A stretch of DNA of 35,908 bases from Geodermatophilaceae bacterium. Lineage in GTDB: Bacteria; Actinomycetota; Actinomycetes; Mycobacteriales; Geodermatophilaceae. This document shows positions 1 through 8,929 of this stretch, in pieces; within the stretch, counting starts at the first letter, position 1; each line of letters starts with the position of its first letter. Where the stretch lies: contig JACCXW010000166.1 of the NCBI GenBank assembly GCA_013696785.1, forward strand, positions 1-35,908. The letters run 5' to 3'. The notes below the pieces were generated by a model that saw only the letters and a list, made by a program, of their open reading frames with translations, made no database searches and was not told where the DNA came from. The translations under genes and the position numbers were made by a program.

Positions 1-1
1 T

Positions 2-361
2 GGGGTCGACAGGTTTCTCGACCTGACCGAAGGGGTCGACCTGTTGTTGCCGAACCGAGCCGAGGCGCAATTGCTCACCGGCCGGAGCGACCCGCTCGCG
101 GCGGCCGAGTGGCTTGCACACCGGTACGGCGCTGTCGTTGTCACCTGCGGCTCCGACGGCGCGATCTGGGCGAGCAACGGAGAAAAAGGTCAGGTACCCG
201 CCCAGCCGGCCCGGGTAGTAGACACCACCGGCGCCGGCGACGCGTTCGCGGCCGGGCTGCTGGCGGCCAAGGTGATGTCGCAGCCGCTGCCGGACTGCGT
301 TAGGGCGGGCACCGTTGCCGCCGCCCGGGCGGTCGGCATCGTCGGCGCCCAACCGAGCTAA
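2..361 (+). CDS. PfkB/ribokinase-family carbohydrate kinase, C-terminal fragment (5' end outside window)
   Basis: The frame is open from the window edge (GVDRFLDLTEGVDLLLPNRAEAQLLTG...). It contains DTTGAGDAFAAGLL, the PfkB signature-2 motif with the catalytic Asp. TAA stop at 359-361. Confidence 0.8.
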   Translation, partial: GVDRFLDLTEGVDLLLPNRAEAQLLTGRSDPLAAAEWLAHRYGAVVVTCGSDGAIWASNGEKGQVPAQPARVVDTTGAGDAFAAGLLAAKVMSQPLPDCVRAGTVAAARAVGIVGAQPS

Positions 362-377
362 GCCGTTTGGATGCGGC

Positions 378-776
378 TCAGCCTTCGATGATCCGGCCGC
401 TGTCCGCGGAGCTGCCGAGGGCCCGGTCCGGATTGGGATGGCCGAAACGGTTGACCCGCTCCGACTTCTTCGGCGGCCGGTCGTTGGCAATGAGCACGGC
501 CATCCAGGGCAGCACGCAGGCGAGCACGACCAGGATGGCCATCAGCCACACGACCGTGTAGAAGATCGCCGCAAGGATCAGACAGACGATCCGCAGCCCC
601 ATAGTCAGCGTGTAGCGCTTGCGCCGCGAATTGTGCTCATCGATCCGACTCTGCTGCGCGTCGGTGATGAGGACCGGCCGCGCCGAGTCCCGGCTGCGCG
701 AGTCCACTGGCCCTCCCGACACCGGGGACGACTCCCGGCCACCACCCATGCTGCCACTCGAACCCGCAGTGTGCAC
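378..776 (-). CDS. DUF3099-like small membrane protein
   Basis: 132-codon ORF. An R/K-rich stretch (HNSRRKRYTLTMG) is followed by two adjacent hydrophobic helices (LRIVCLILAAIFYTVVWLMAILVVLACVLPWMAVLIAN), the pattern of the small actinobacterial DUF3099 family. GTG start at 774-776 (alternative ATG at 747-749); TGA stop at 378-380. Confidence 0.7.
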   Translation of the reverse strand: MHTAGSSGSMGGGRESSPVSGGPVDSRSRDSARPVLITDAQQSRIDEHNSRRKRYTLTMGLRIVCLILAAIFYTVVWLMAILVVLACVLPWMAVLIANDRPPKKSERVNRFGHPNPDRALGSSADSGRIIEG

Positions 777-785
777 CGCGTCCCC

Positions 786-1358
786 TCAGCCCTCTTTGGC
801 GGCTTGCTTTGCCTGCCTCTTGTACTCGCGAACGAGCGACAGTGAATCGGCGTCCACCACGTCCGCGACGGAGCGGTGCGCGTCCGCATCTCCGTACCCG
901 CCGGCCGCCTCACGCCAGCCTTCGGGCTGCACGCCGTACTGCTTGCCCAGCAACGCCAGGAAGATCCTCGCCTTCGCCGCACCGAATCCCGGTAGCGCCT
1001 CCAGTCGGCGGACCAGCTCCGCCCCGGTCTCCGCATCGACCCACACGGCCTCTGCGCGCCCGTCGTAGTGCTCGACCAGATGCTTGCAGAGCGCCTGCAC
1101 TCGCCCCGCCATCGACCCCGGGAAGCGATGAATCGCCGGCCGTTCGCTGAAGAGCTCGGCGACACGCTCGGCCGGCAACTCGGCCAGCTCGCGGGCGTCC
1201 AGATCGTGACCGAGCCGTTCGCGTAAGACGTAGGGGCCGACGAAGGCCTTCTCCATCGGGACCTGCTGATCGAGCAGCATCCCGATCAGAAGCGCCAAGG
1301 GATCGCTGGACAACAGGTCGTCGGCGGGTTCGGACATCGACAGCCGGAGTGTGGGCAT
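786..1358 (-). CDS. HhH-GPD-type base excision DNA repair family protein
   Basis: This is the C-terminal 190 codons of track ORF 786..2285, starting at ATG 1356-1358. [28 protein letters not shown] and the helix-hairpin-helix element [21 protein letters not shown] are typical of this family. The upstream part of the ORF is antisense to dtd and sigB and is rejected. Confidence 0.8.
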   Translation of the reverse strand: MPTLRLSMSEPADDLLSSDPLALLIGMLLDQQVPMEKAFVGPYVLRERLGHDLDARELAELPAERVAELFSERPAIHRFPGSMAGRVQALCKHLVEHYDGRAEAVWVDAETGAELVRRLEALPGFGAAKARIFLALLGKQYGVQPEGWREAAGGYGDADAHRSVADVVDADSLSLVREYKRQAKQAAKEG

Positions 1359-1410
1359 GCCTCCAGGGTGGCATGACGGCGCAGGGGGCCGCGAGGGCAG
1401 GATGGGCTCC

Positions 1411-1836
1411 ATGCGTGCCGTCGTACAGCGGGTGTCGGAGGCCTCGGTGACGATCGACGGCCGGCGGTACGCCGGGATCGGAGCGGGCCTGCTCGCCCTC
1501 GTGGGCGTCACGCACGACGACGACGAGGCCATAGCGGCGACGTTGGCCAGAAAGCTGCACGAACTGAGGCTCTTCGACGACGGCCGCTCGTCAGTTTCCG
1601 ATCTCGACCTCGAGATCCTCGTCGTCAGCCAGTTCACCCTGTACGGCGACATCAGCAAGGGACGTCGCCCGTCCTGGCTGGCCGCGGCTCCCGGCGCGGT
1701 GGCCGAACCGCTGGTCGACAGCGTCGTCGCTGCGTTGCGCGAGCGCGGCGCGCGCGTACAAACCGGGCGATTCGGTGCCGACATGGCAGTCGCGCTGGTC
1801 AACGACGGTCCGGTGACGCTGGTCCTGGACTTGTGA
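1411..1836 (+). CDS. dtd: D-aminoacyl-tRNA deacylase
   Basis: Carries MRAVVQRV at the N-terminus, [14 protein letters not shown] and NDGPVTL, the hallmark Dtd motifs, in a 141-aa protein. ATG 1411 is preferred over track start GTG 1351 because the family N-terminus is MRAVVQRV. Confidence 0.9.
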   Translation: MRAVVQRVSEASVTIDGRRYAGIGAGLLALVGVTHDDDEAIAATLARKLHELRLFDDGRSSVSDLDLEILVVSQFTLYGDISKGRRPSWLAAAPGAVAEPLVDSVVAALRERGARVQTGRFGADMAVALVNDGPVTLVLDL

Positions 1837-1872
1837 GTCGGGAGCTCACCGAAGTGTGACGCCGCGGCGGCC

Positions 1873-1898
1873 GGGAACACCGACCCGCGTATTGCGTT
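1873..1898 (+). promoter_or_regulatory. Candidate ECF (SigE/SigH-type) promoter upstream of the sigB-like gene
   Basis: gGGAACa at 1873-1879 and cGTT at 1895-1898. GGAAC (1874-1878) and GTT (1896-1898) are separated by exactly 17 nt, matching the GGAAC-N16-17-GTT consensus of mycobacterial SigH/SigE promoters, which are known to drive sigB in M. tuberculosis. It lies about 55 nt upstream of the proposed GTG start. Confidence 0.35.
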
Positions 1899-1950
1899 GA
1901 ACTGTAAGGGTGCGACCGGCCCCATCAGCAAACTGCGGGAAGGGGCAGTC

Positions 1951-2949
<999 letters not shown>

Positions 2950-2973
2950 CGCGACCGGTCGACAAGGAGTTTC

Positions 2974-3170
2974 ATGGCAGTGCGCTAGTACAGCACCGTG
3001 GTCGATTGCCAGGACGTGCGCGCCCAGGCCCTGTGGTGGGCCGAGGCGCTCCTGCTGGGCATGGGGGCGACCCGGGGGTCGACGTCGGCCAGCCGGCCAC
3101 GGCGTCGTGGGACGTCCTCGCCGACCCGGAGGGCAACGAATTCTGCGTACTGTCCTCGCGCGACGTCTGA
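2974..3170 (+). pseudogene. Decayed VOC/glyoxalase-like family gene remnant (nonsense, internal deletion and frameshift)
   Basis: AAGGAG at 2964-2969 precedes ATG 2974, and an in-frame TAG follows at 2986-2988. The same frame then reads VVDCQDVRAQALWWAEALLLGMGATR. After a G-run near 3072 the -1 frame reads VDVGQPATASWDVLADPEGNEFCVLSSRDV* with TGA at 3168-3170. VIDCxD...FWxxAL and W-V-L-A-DPEGNEFCV are the N- and C-terminal signatures of small (~120 aa) VOC proteins, so the central ~70 residues are missing. Confidence 0.6.
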
Positions 3171-3181
3171 CGACAGGTCTG

Positions 3182-5890
3182 CTACCCCGCGCCGCTCCCG
3201 GTTGGCGGGAGGCGGTCGGGACGCGAGAGCCGACGGGGTCCGGCGTCGGCGCGTGCGCTGGGCGGCCCGACGGTGACGTCGGCGCCCGCCACCGTCAAAC
3301 CTCTGGTGCCGAGGATCACCGGCTCCAGCTCGAGGCCGAGGACTTCCGGCAGATCGTCGGCCAACCGGGCGACCCGCAGGATCAGTTGCTCCAAGGCGTC
3401 GACATCGACACGGTCCGCGCCCCGGTAGCCGTCCAACAGCGGCCAGGCCCGCACTGCGCGCACCATCTCCGCCGCGTCCACGTCTGACAGTGGCAGCGCC
3501 CGGTAAGCCCGGTCGCCCAGCAGCTCCGTGGCCACCCCGGCCACCCCGAACGACACGAGCGCGCCAAAACTCGGATCGTCGACGACGCCGACCGTCGTGG
3601 CGACACCGGCCGGTGCCATGGCCTGGACCAGCGCGTCCGCCCCCGTGCCTGCCATCCGGTCGAACGCCGCCGCTACAGCGGCTGCATCCGGCAGGTCGAG
3701 CCGGACTCCACCAAGATCGACGCGGTGCCGCAACAGGCGGCGCGTCGACTTGAGCGCGACGGGGTACCCGAGTTCGTCGGCCGCGTCCACCGCCTCGGAT
3801 CGGCTGCTGACCCGACGCGACGCCAGCGGGACGACGCCGTACGCCGACAACAACGCATTCGTCTCGGCATCGTCGAGAGTACGGCCGGTCGGCGTACCGG
3901 CCAGCACTTGCCGCACCAGCGCCCGCCCGGCGTCGGCATCGACGTCGGGTAGCTCAGGGACCGCGCCGGCCGGACGATCACGCCACTCTGCATATGCGGC
4001 GGCGAGCGCCAGCGCGTGGACCGCACGCTCGGGTGACGGGTAGGACGGGATCGACCCGCGCTGCACCTCGTCGCCGGAGCGCAGCTGCAGCTGCTCGGGG
4101 ACCCCTTCGCTGCCGAGGAACGTGGTGACGACCGGCCGATCCCAGTCCGCCGTGACGTCACGCAGCACCTGAGCCACCTCGGCGCCGTTCGTGACCAGCG
4201 GCGGAACGAACACGAGCACGAGGGCGTCCACCAGCGGGTCGTCGACGACCGTACGGATGGCGGCGGCGAAATCGGCGGCGGCACCGGTCGACCCGACGTC
4301 CACCGGCGGGCCGGCCAAGGCCAGCCCGCTGGTGGCGCAGGCGTCGGCGACAAGCAGGCCGAGGGCGGATGAGTTGCTGACAACGGCAATCCGGCGGCCG
4401 CCCGGCAGCGGCTGGTGGGCGAGCAGCGTCGCCACGTCGAGCAGCTGAGCGACGGTGTCAACCCGGATCACCCCGGAGGACTCGAACAGCGCTTGGACGC
4501 TCTGCTCGGGCAGGAGCACCGAGTGCGTCGAGAGGCCCGCGACGACACCACCGTGCCGGCCGCTCTTCACGGCGACGACCGGCTTGGTCCGGGCCAGCCC
4601 GCGGGCCAGCCGGGCGAACTTGCGTGGGTTTCCGAAACTTTCCAGGTGCAGCAGCACCACCTCGGTTGCGGGGTCGGTGGCCCAGAACTGCAACAGGTCG
4701 TTGCCGCTGACGTCGGCGCGGTTGCCGGCCGAAACGAAGGTCGACAACCCCAGCCCGTGTGACAGCGCGCTGTCGAGGATCGCGACGCCGAGCGCGCCGG
4801 ACTGGCAGAAGAATCCCACCCTCCCCCGGCCGGGGATGCGCGGTGCCAGGCTGGCGTTGAGCCGGACTGCGGGATCGGTGTTGACGATGCCGAGACAGTT
4901 CGGGCCGATCACCCGCATCCCCTGCGCCCTGGCCGCCGTGACGAGGTCCGCCGCCGTACGGGCGTCGTCGCCTGTCCCGAATCCCCCGGTCACCACGACG
5001 AGTCCGCGGACCTGCTTGGCGCGGCACTGGTCGACCACGTCGACGATCGCCTCCGGCGGCACCGCCAGCACCGCCAGGTCGATGTGGTCGGGCACGTCGA
5101 GGACGGTCCGGTACGCCGGGACTCCCGCGACGTGTCTGGCGTCGGGGTTGACCGGGTAGATCGGTCCCTGGAAGCCGTAGTCCAGCAGGTTCCGCAGGAC
5201 GGCATGCCCGATCTTGGCCGGGTCGTTGCTCGCGCCGACCACGGCCACCGAGGACGGGTTGAGCAGCCGGCCGATCGAACGCGACTCCGAGCGCTGCTCG
5301 CGCTCGTAGGCCACGTTGACCGAGGACTCGGTGGGCTCGATCGGAAACTCGAGATGTACGACGCCCTGCTCGTAGGCGCGCTTCGCGGTGTACCCGGCAT
5401 GCATGAAGATGCGGACCATTGCGCCGTTCTCGGCCAGCACCTCCGCGCTGAAACGGCGGATCCCGCGCTCGCGGGCCGCGGCCGCGAGGTGTTCGAGCAG
5501 GATGGAGCCCAGGCCCCGGCCCTGATGCGCATCCTCGACGAGGAAGGCGACCTCGGCCTCGTCGCCAGCCTGGTCGTCATCGTCCAGGCGGTCGTAGCGG
5601 CCGACGGCGACGATCTCCCGCCCGAGCACGATGACCAGTGCCACTCGGCTGTGGTAGTCGACGTTGACGAAGCGGTGCAGGTCTCGTTCGGACAGGTGCG
5701 GGTGCGGACCGAAGAAGCGGAGGTAGCGGGTCCGCTCCGAGCTGCGCTCGTGCAGCCCATTCAGGGCCTCGGCATCGCTCGGCACGATCGGCCGCAGATG
5801 TGCGGTGCCGCCGTCTGAGGCGACGATGTCGGCCTCCCAATGCGGCGGGTACCCCCCGTCCAGCCAGCCTGGCTCAGTCCCTGGGGTCAT
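3182..5890 (-). CDS. pat: Protein lysine acetyltransferase, Pat-type with reversed domain order (N-terminal GNAT, then CoA-binding / NDP-forming acyl-CoA synthetase-like / ATP-grasp domains)
   Basis: 902 aa from ATG 5888-5890. The GNAT core is VAFLVEDAHQGRGLGSILLEHLAAAARERGIRRFSAEVLAENGAMVRIF. The CoA-binding module is LLNPSSVAVVGASNDPAKIGHAVLRNLLDYGFQGPIYPVNP. Succinyl-CoA-ligase-like (GPNCLGIVN...CQSGALG) and ATP-grasp-like C-terminal regions follow. The 154-codon N-terminal extension in the track ORF is R/S-rich and overlaps acuC, so it is rejected. TAG stop at 3182-3184. Confidence 0.88.
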   Translation of the reverse strand: MTPGTEPGWLDGGYPPHWEADIVASDGGTAHLRPIVPSDAEALNGLHERSSERTRYLRFFGPHPHLSERDLHRFVNVDYHSRVALVIVLGREIVAVGRYDRLDDDDQAGDEAEVAFLVEDAHQGRGLGSILLEHLAAAARERGIRRFSAEVLAENGAMVRIFMHAGYTAKRAYEQGVVHLEFPIEPTESSVNVAYEREQRSESRSIGRLLNPSSVAVVGASNDPAKIGHAVLRNLLDYGFQGPIYPVNPDARHVAGVPAYRTVLDVPDHIDLAVLAVPPEAIVDVVDQCRAKQVRGLVVVTGGFGTGDDARTAADLVTAARAQGMRVIGPNCLGIVNTDPAVRLNASLAPRIPGRGRVGFFCQSGALGVAILDSALSHGLGLSTFVSAGNRADVSGNDLLQFWATDPATEVVLLHLESFGNPRKFARLARGLARTKPVVAVKSGRHGGVVAGLSTHSVLLPEQSVQALFESSGVIRVDTVAQLLDVATLLAHQPLPGGRRIAVVSNSSALGLLVADACATSGLALAGPPVDVGSTGAAADFAAAIRTVVDDPLVDALVLVFVPPLVTNGAEVAQVLRDVTADWDRPVVTTFLGSEGVPEQLQLRSGDEVQRGSIPSYPSPERAVHALALAAAYAEWRDRPAGAVPELPDVDADAGRALVRQVLAGTPTGRTLDDAETNALLSAYGVVPLASRRVSSRSEAVDAADELGYPVALKSTRRLLRHRVDLGGVRLDLPDAAAVAAAFDRMAGTGADALVQAMAPAGVATTVGVVDDPSFGALVSFGVAGVATELLGDRAYRALPLSDVDAAEMVRAVRAWPLLDGYRGADRVDVDALEQLILRVARLADDLPEVLGLELEPVILGTRGLTVAGADVTVGPPSARADAGPRRLSRPDRLPPTGSGAG

Positions 5891-7055
5891 CCGGGTCCAG
5901 CCCGAACAGCGGGAAGCTCGCCCGGCGGGTCGCCTCGATCGCGCGGTCGACCGGTCGCGTGCGCTCGAGTTCCCAGGGCTGCCACTCAAGGTCTGCGCCC
6001 TCGCCCATCGTCTTGGGAGGAGCAGCTCGCAGCGCGCGCTCGCGCACGTAGCCCGTCCAGTCCGCCGGGATGGGCGTCTGCGGATCCACCGGGTGCCCGG
6101 TCGCCTCGGCCAGCAGGTGGGTCCACGCACGGGGCACGCAGCGCACCAGTCCGTACCCGCCGCCGCCGAGGGCGAGCCAGCGCCCGTCGCAGACCTCGTG
6201 CGCCAACGCATGCAGGGCCGCGAACGCTGTGCGCTGCCCGTCGACGGACAGCGCCAGGTTCGCCAGCGGGTCGTCGCGGTGGGTGTCACAGCCGCACTGC
6301 GTGACGAGCACCTGCGGCCGGAAGGCTCGCAGGGCGCTCGGCACCACGGCATGGAACGCGCGGAGCCAGTCGCCGTCGGCGGTTCCGGCCGGCAGCGGCA
6401 GGTTCACCGCCGTACCGACCGCGTCGTCATCGCCGGTCTCGGCGGGGTAGCCGGTGCCGGGCCAGAGCGTCAGCGGGCTCTCGTGCACGCTGATCGTGAG
6501 CACCCGCGGATCGCGGTAGAACGTCGCCTGTACGCCGTCGCCGTGGTGCACGTCGACGTCCACGTACGCGATCCGCTCGGCGCCCTGCGCGAGCAGCCAG
6601 GCGATGGCGATCGACGCGTCGTTGTAGACGCAGAAGCCGGACGCCTGGCTGCGCATCGCATGGTGCAGGCCGCCGGCGATGTTGACCGCGTGCTGGCTGT
6701 TGCCCTCCCACACCCGCCGGGCCGCGACGACACTGCCGCCGGCTATCAGCGCGGACACCTCGTGCATCCGGGGGAACACGGGGTTGTCCGACGTACCCAG
6801 GCCGAAACTGGAGCGCCAGGGCTCATCCGGGGCGCGCCGTACGGCGTCGAGGTAGGCGGCGTCGTGGACCAGGGTCAGCAGGTCGTCGTCGGCGCTGACC
6901 GGTGCCAGCATGGTGACGTTCGGACGATCGAGGACGCCAAGGCTTCGCGCCAGGCGCATCGTGAGATCGAGCCGGATCGGATGCAACGGGTGCTGTGGCC
7001 CCATGTCATAGCCGAGATACGCCTCGTCCCACACCAGCGCCACGGAGTCACTCAC
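5874..7055 (-). CDS. acuC: Histone deacetylase-family (class I HDAC-like) protein/acetoin utilization deacetylase AcuC
   Basis: Motifs GGLHHAMRSQASGFCVYND, YVDVDVHHGDGVQATFY and LALGGGGYG are present. The start is set at GTG 7053-7055, just before the conserved VALVWDEAYLGYD; an in-frame alternative GTG at 7104-7106 would abut ideR. TGA stop at 5874-5876 overlaps the pat ATG by 17 nt. Confidence 0.85.
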   Translation of the reverse strand: MSDSVALVWDEAYLGYDMGPQHPLHPIRLDLTMRLARSLGVLDRPNVTMLAPVSADDDLLTLVHDAAYLDAVRRAPDEPWRSSFGLGTSDNPVFPRMHEVSALIAGGSVVAARRVWEGNSQHAVNIAGGLHHAMRSQASGFCVYNDASIAIAWLLAQGAERIAYVDVDVHHGDGVQATFYRDPRVLTISVHESPLTLWPGTGYPAETGDDDAVGTAVNLPLPAGTADGDWLRAFHAVVPSALRAFRPQVLVTQCGCDTHRDDPLANLALSVDGQRTAFAALHALAHEVCDGRWLALGGGGYGLVRCVPRAWTHLLAEATGHPVDPQTPIPADWTGYVRERALRAAPPKTMGEGADLEWQPWELERTRPVDRAIEATRRASFPLFGLDPDDPRD

Positions 7056-7106
7056 GACCCGGACGCTACTGGCGGCGGTACCATCCGAGCGAGCTGAGGT
7101 GGTCAC

Positions 7107-7778
7107 GTGAGTGAGCTGATCGATACGACGGAGATGTATTTGCGCACCGTCTTCGAGCTGGAGGAAGAGGGCGTCGCCCCGTTGCGAGCCCGTATCGCTG
7201 AACGTCTGCACCAGAGCGGCCCGACGGTGAGCCAGACCGTGGCCCGGATGGAGCGCGACGGTCTGCTGTCGGTCGAGGGCGACCGGCACCTTCGGCTGAG
7301 CGACGTGGGCCGCAAGCTTGCCGTAGCCGTCATGCGCAAGCACCGGCTCGCCGAGCTGCTGCTGATCAACGTCATCGGGCTGGACTGGGAGGACGTGCAC
7401 ATCGAGGCCTGCCGATGGGAGCACGTGATGAGCGAGGCGGTCGAGCGCCGGCTCGTCAAGCTGCTGGACAACCCCCACGAGTGTCCGCACGGCAATCCCA
7501 TTCCCGGTCTGGAGGAACTCGGTGCCGACCCCGAGCAGGCCGCTGTCCAGGACATCGTGCCGCTCAGCACAGCGGCAACAGCTTCGGGGCGGTCGGTCGT
7601 CGTACGGCGGATCTCCGAGCAACTTCAGTCAGACGCGGATCTGATGCGCCTGCTCAAGGATTCGCACGTGCAGCCCGGTGAGCAGCTCATCGCGACGACG
7701 AGCGCGTCCGGCGTCCGGATCGACGAGACGGACCTGTCGCGGATGGTCGCCGAGCACGTGTTCGTGACCGTCTCCTAG
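7107..7778 (+). CDS. ideR: Iron-dependent transcriptional regulator, DtxR/IdeR family
   Basis: MSELIDTTEMYLRTVFELEEEGVAPLRARIAERLHQSGPTVSQTVARMERDGLL is near-canonical IdeR N-terminal wHTH. The metal-site region is HRLAELLL...EACRWEHVMS and a C-terminal SH3-like domain follows. GTG start at 7107 is preceded by GAGGTGG. Confidence 0.92.
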   Translation: MSELIDTTEMYLRTVFELEEEGVAPLRARIAERLHQSGPTVSQTVARMERDGLLSVEGDRHLRLSDVGRKLAVAVMRKHRLAELLLINVIGLDWEDVHIEACRWEHVMSEAVERRLVKLLDNPHECPHGNPIPGLEELGADPEQAAVQDIVPLSTAATASGRSVVVRRISEQLQSDADLMRLLKDSHVQPGEQLIATTSASGVRIDETDLSRMVAEHVFVTVS

Positions 7779-8929
7779 CGCACGAGCCCGCGTACCGAGT
7801 CCACGAACCGCTCGCATTCCTCGTCGGTGTTCCACGGGCCGACGCTCGCCCGCAGCATCGGCGGCGTGCCGGGGATCCACCGCGCGAAAATGCCGTCGGC
7901 CTCGAGCCGGGCTACGACCCTCTCCGGCGGCACAGCGGCGGGCAAGGCCACCGCGGCGAACGGCGTCGGGCCACCGGGATCGGCCACGTCGAGACCTGGC
8001 ACGTCGGCTAGCCGGGTCCGCAGTCGCGCCGCCACATCGGCTGCCTGCGCGCACGCCGCCGCCATGCCGTGGCCGAGGCGCCAGCGCAGCGACGACGTGA
8101 GGCCGGCCAGGGCGACGAGGCTGATGGCGCCGACGTCGTACCGCCGTGCCCCCGGCCATGGCTTGTCGCCCCGCGTACCGGGCGTGCGGTCGTTCGTCAC
8201 GTAGCTGCGCCAGGCCGGCACGAGAGTGTCGACCCGATCCGGTCGCACGTACAGCGCACCGGTTCCGGACGGCCCGCACAGCCACTTCTGCCCCGACACC
8301 GTGTAGAAGTCGCAGCCGAGCGCGGTCAGGTCCACCGGGATCGCGCCGGCGCCCTGCGCGCCGTCGGCCAGGACCGGAATGTCGCGCGCGCCGGCAGCGG
8401 CCAGTATGCCGGCCAGGTCCAGAACCTCGCCGGTCGACCAGAGGACGTGCGAGCAGGCCACCAGACGGGTGCGCTCGGTCAGCGCGGCGGTCACCGAGTC
8501 CACCGCCCGCCCGTCGGTGGTGCCGACCGTGCGCACGACGACGCCGCGGGTCTCGGCGAGATGGGCCAGCGGATCGATCAGCCCAGGATGTTCCACGGAC
8601 CCCGTGACCACCTCGTCGCCTGCCTGCCAGGGCAGGCCGGCCAGCACCGTGTTGACGCCGTCGGTCGTGGAGTGGGTCAAGGCCAGCTGCTCGGGCCGGC
8701 AGCCGAGGGCGGTCGCCAACGCCGCACGGGCATCGGCCTCCAACTCGTGCCAACGCGCCAGTCCGGCGGATCCGATCCGCCCCGACTTGGTGGCCCAGTC
8801 CAGGTGCTGCCGCATCGCCTCCCTGGTGACCGACGGCAGCGGGCCGAAGGTGCCGGTGTTCAGATAGAGCCGCGACGTGACCGACGGCAGGTCGGCACGC
8901 ATCGCCAGCACGGTCGCGTTGCTCAGCAT
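7775..8929 (-). CDS. Class V-fold PLP-dependent aminotransferase (cysteine desulfurase / epimerase-like)
   Basis: 384 aa with LYLNTGTFGPLP at the N-terminus. HVLWSTGEVLDL...VLADGAQGAGAIPVDL...DFYTVSGQKWLCGPSGTGALYV includes the SGQKW PLP-lysine motif. ATG at 8927-8929 overlaps the upstream gene's stop. Confidence 0.85.
   Translation of the reverse strand: MLSNATVLAMRADLPSVTSRLYLNTGTFGPLPSVTREAMRQHLDWATKSGRIGSAGLARWHELEADARAALATALGCRPEQLALTHSTTDGVNTVLAGLPWQAGDEVVTGSVEHPGLIDPLAHLAETRGVVVRTVGTTDGRAVDSVTAALTERTRLVACSHVLWSTGEVLDLAGILAAAGARDIPVLADGAQGAGAIPVDLTALGCDFYTVSGQKWLCGPSGTGALYVRPDRVDTLVPAWRSYVTNDRTPGTRGDKPWPGARRYDVGAISLVALAGLTSSLRWRLGHGMAAACAQAADVAARLRTRLADVPGLDVADPGGPTPFAAVALPAAVPPERVVARLEADGIFARWIPGTPPMLRASVGPWNTDEECERFVDSVRGLVR

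Noticed and set aside
5891-6352. N-terminal 154-codon extension of the Pat ORF (3182..6352)
   Set aside because: The translation is R/S/C/W-rich junk that overlaps the well-supported acuC 3' region. The conserved Pat N-terminus starts at ATG 5888-5890.
5805-7097. 430-aa plus-strand ORF
   Set aside because: It is antisense to acuC, which carries the HDAC motifs. It has no recognisable motifs and shadow-ORF composition.
7056-7106. Looked for an IdeR/DtxR iron box (TTAGGTTAGGCTAACCTAA-like) in the acuC-ideR spacer and other intergenic regions
   Set aside because: I saw no 19-bp palindrome resembling the consensus. A proper PWM scan is still needed.
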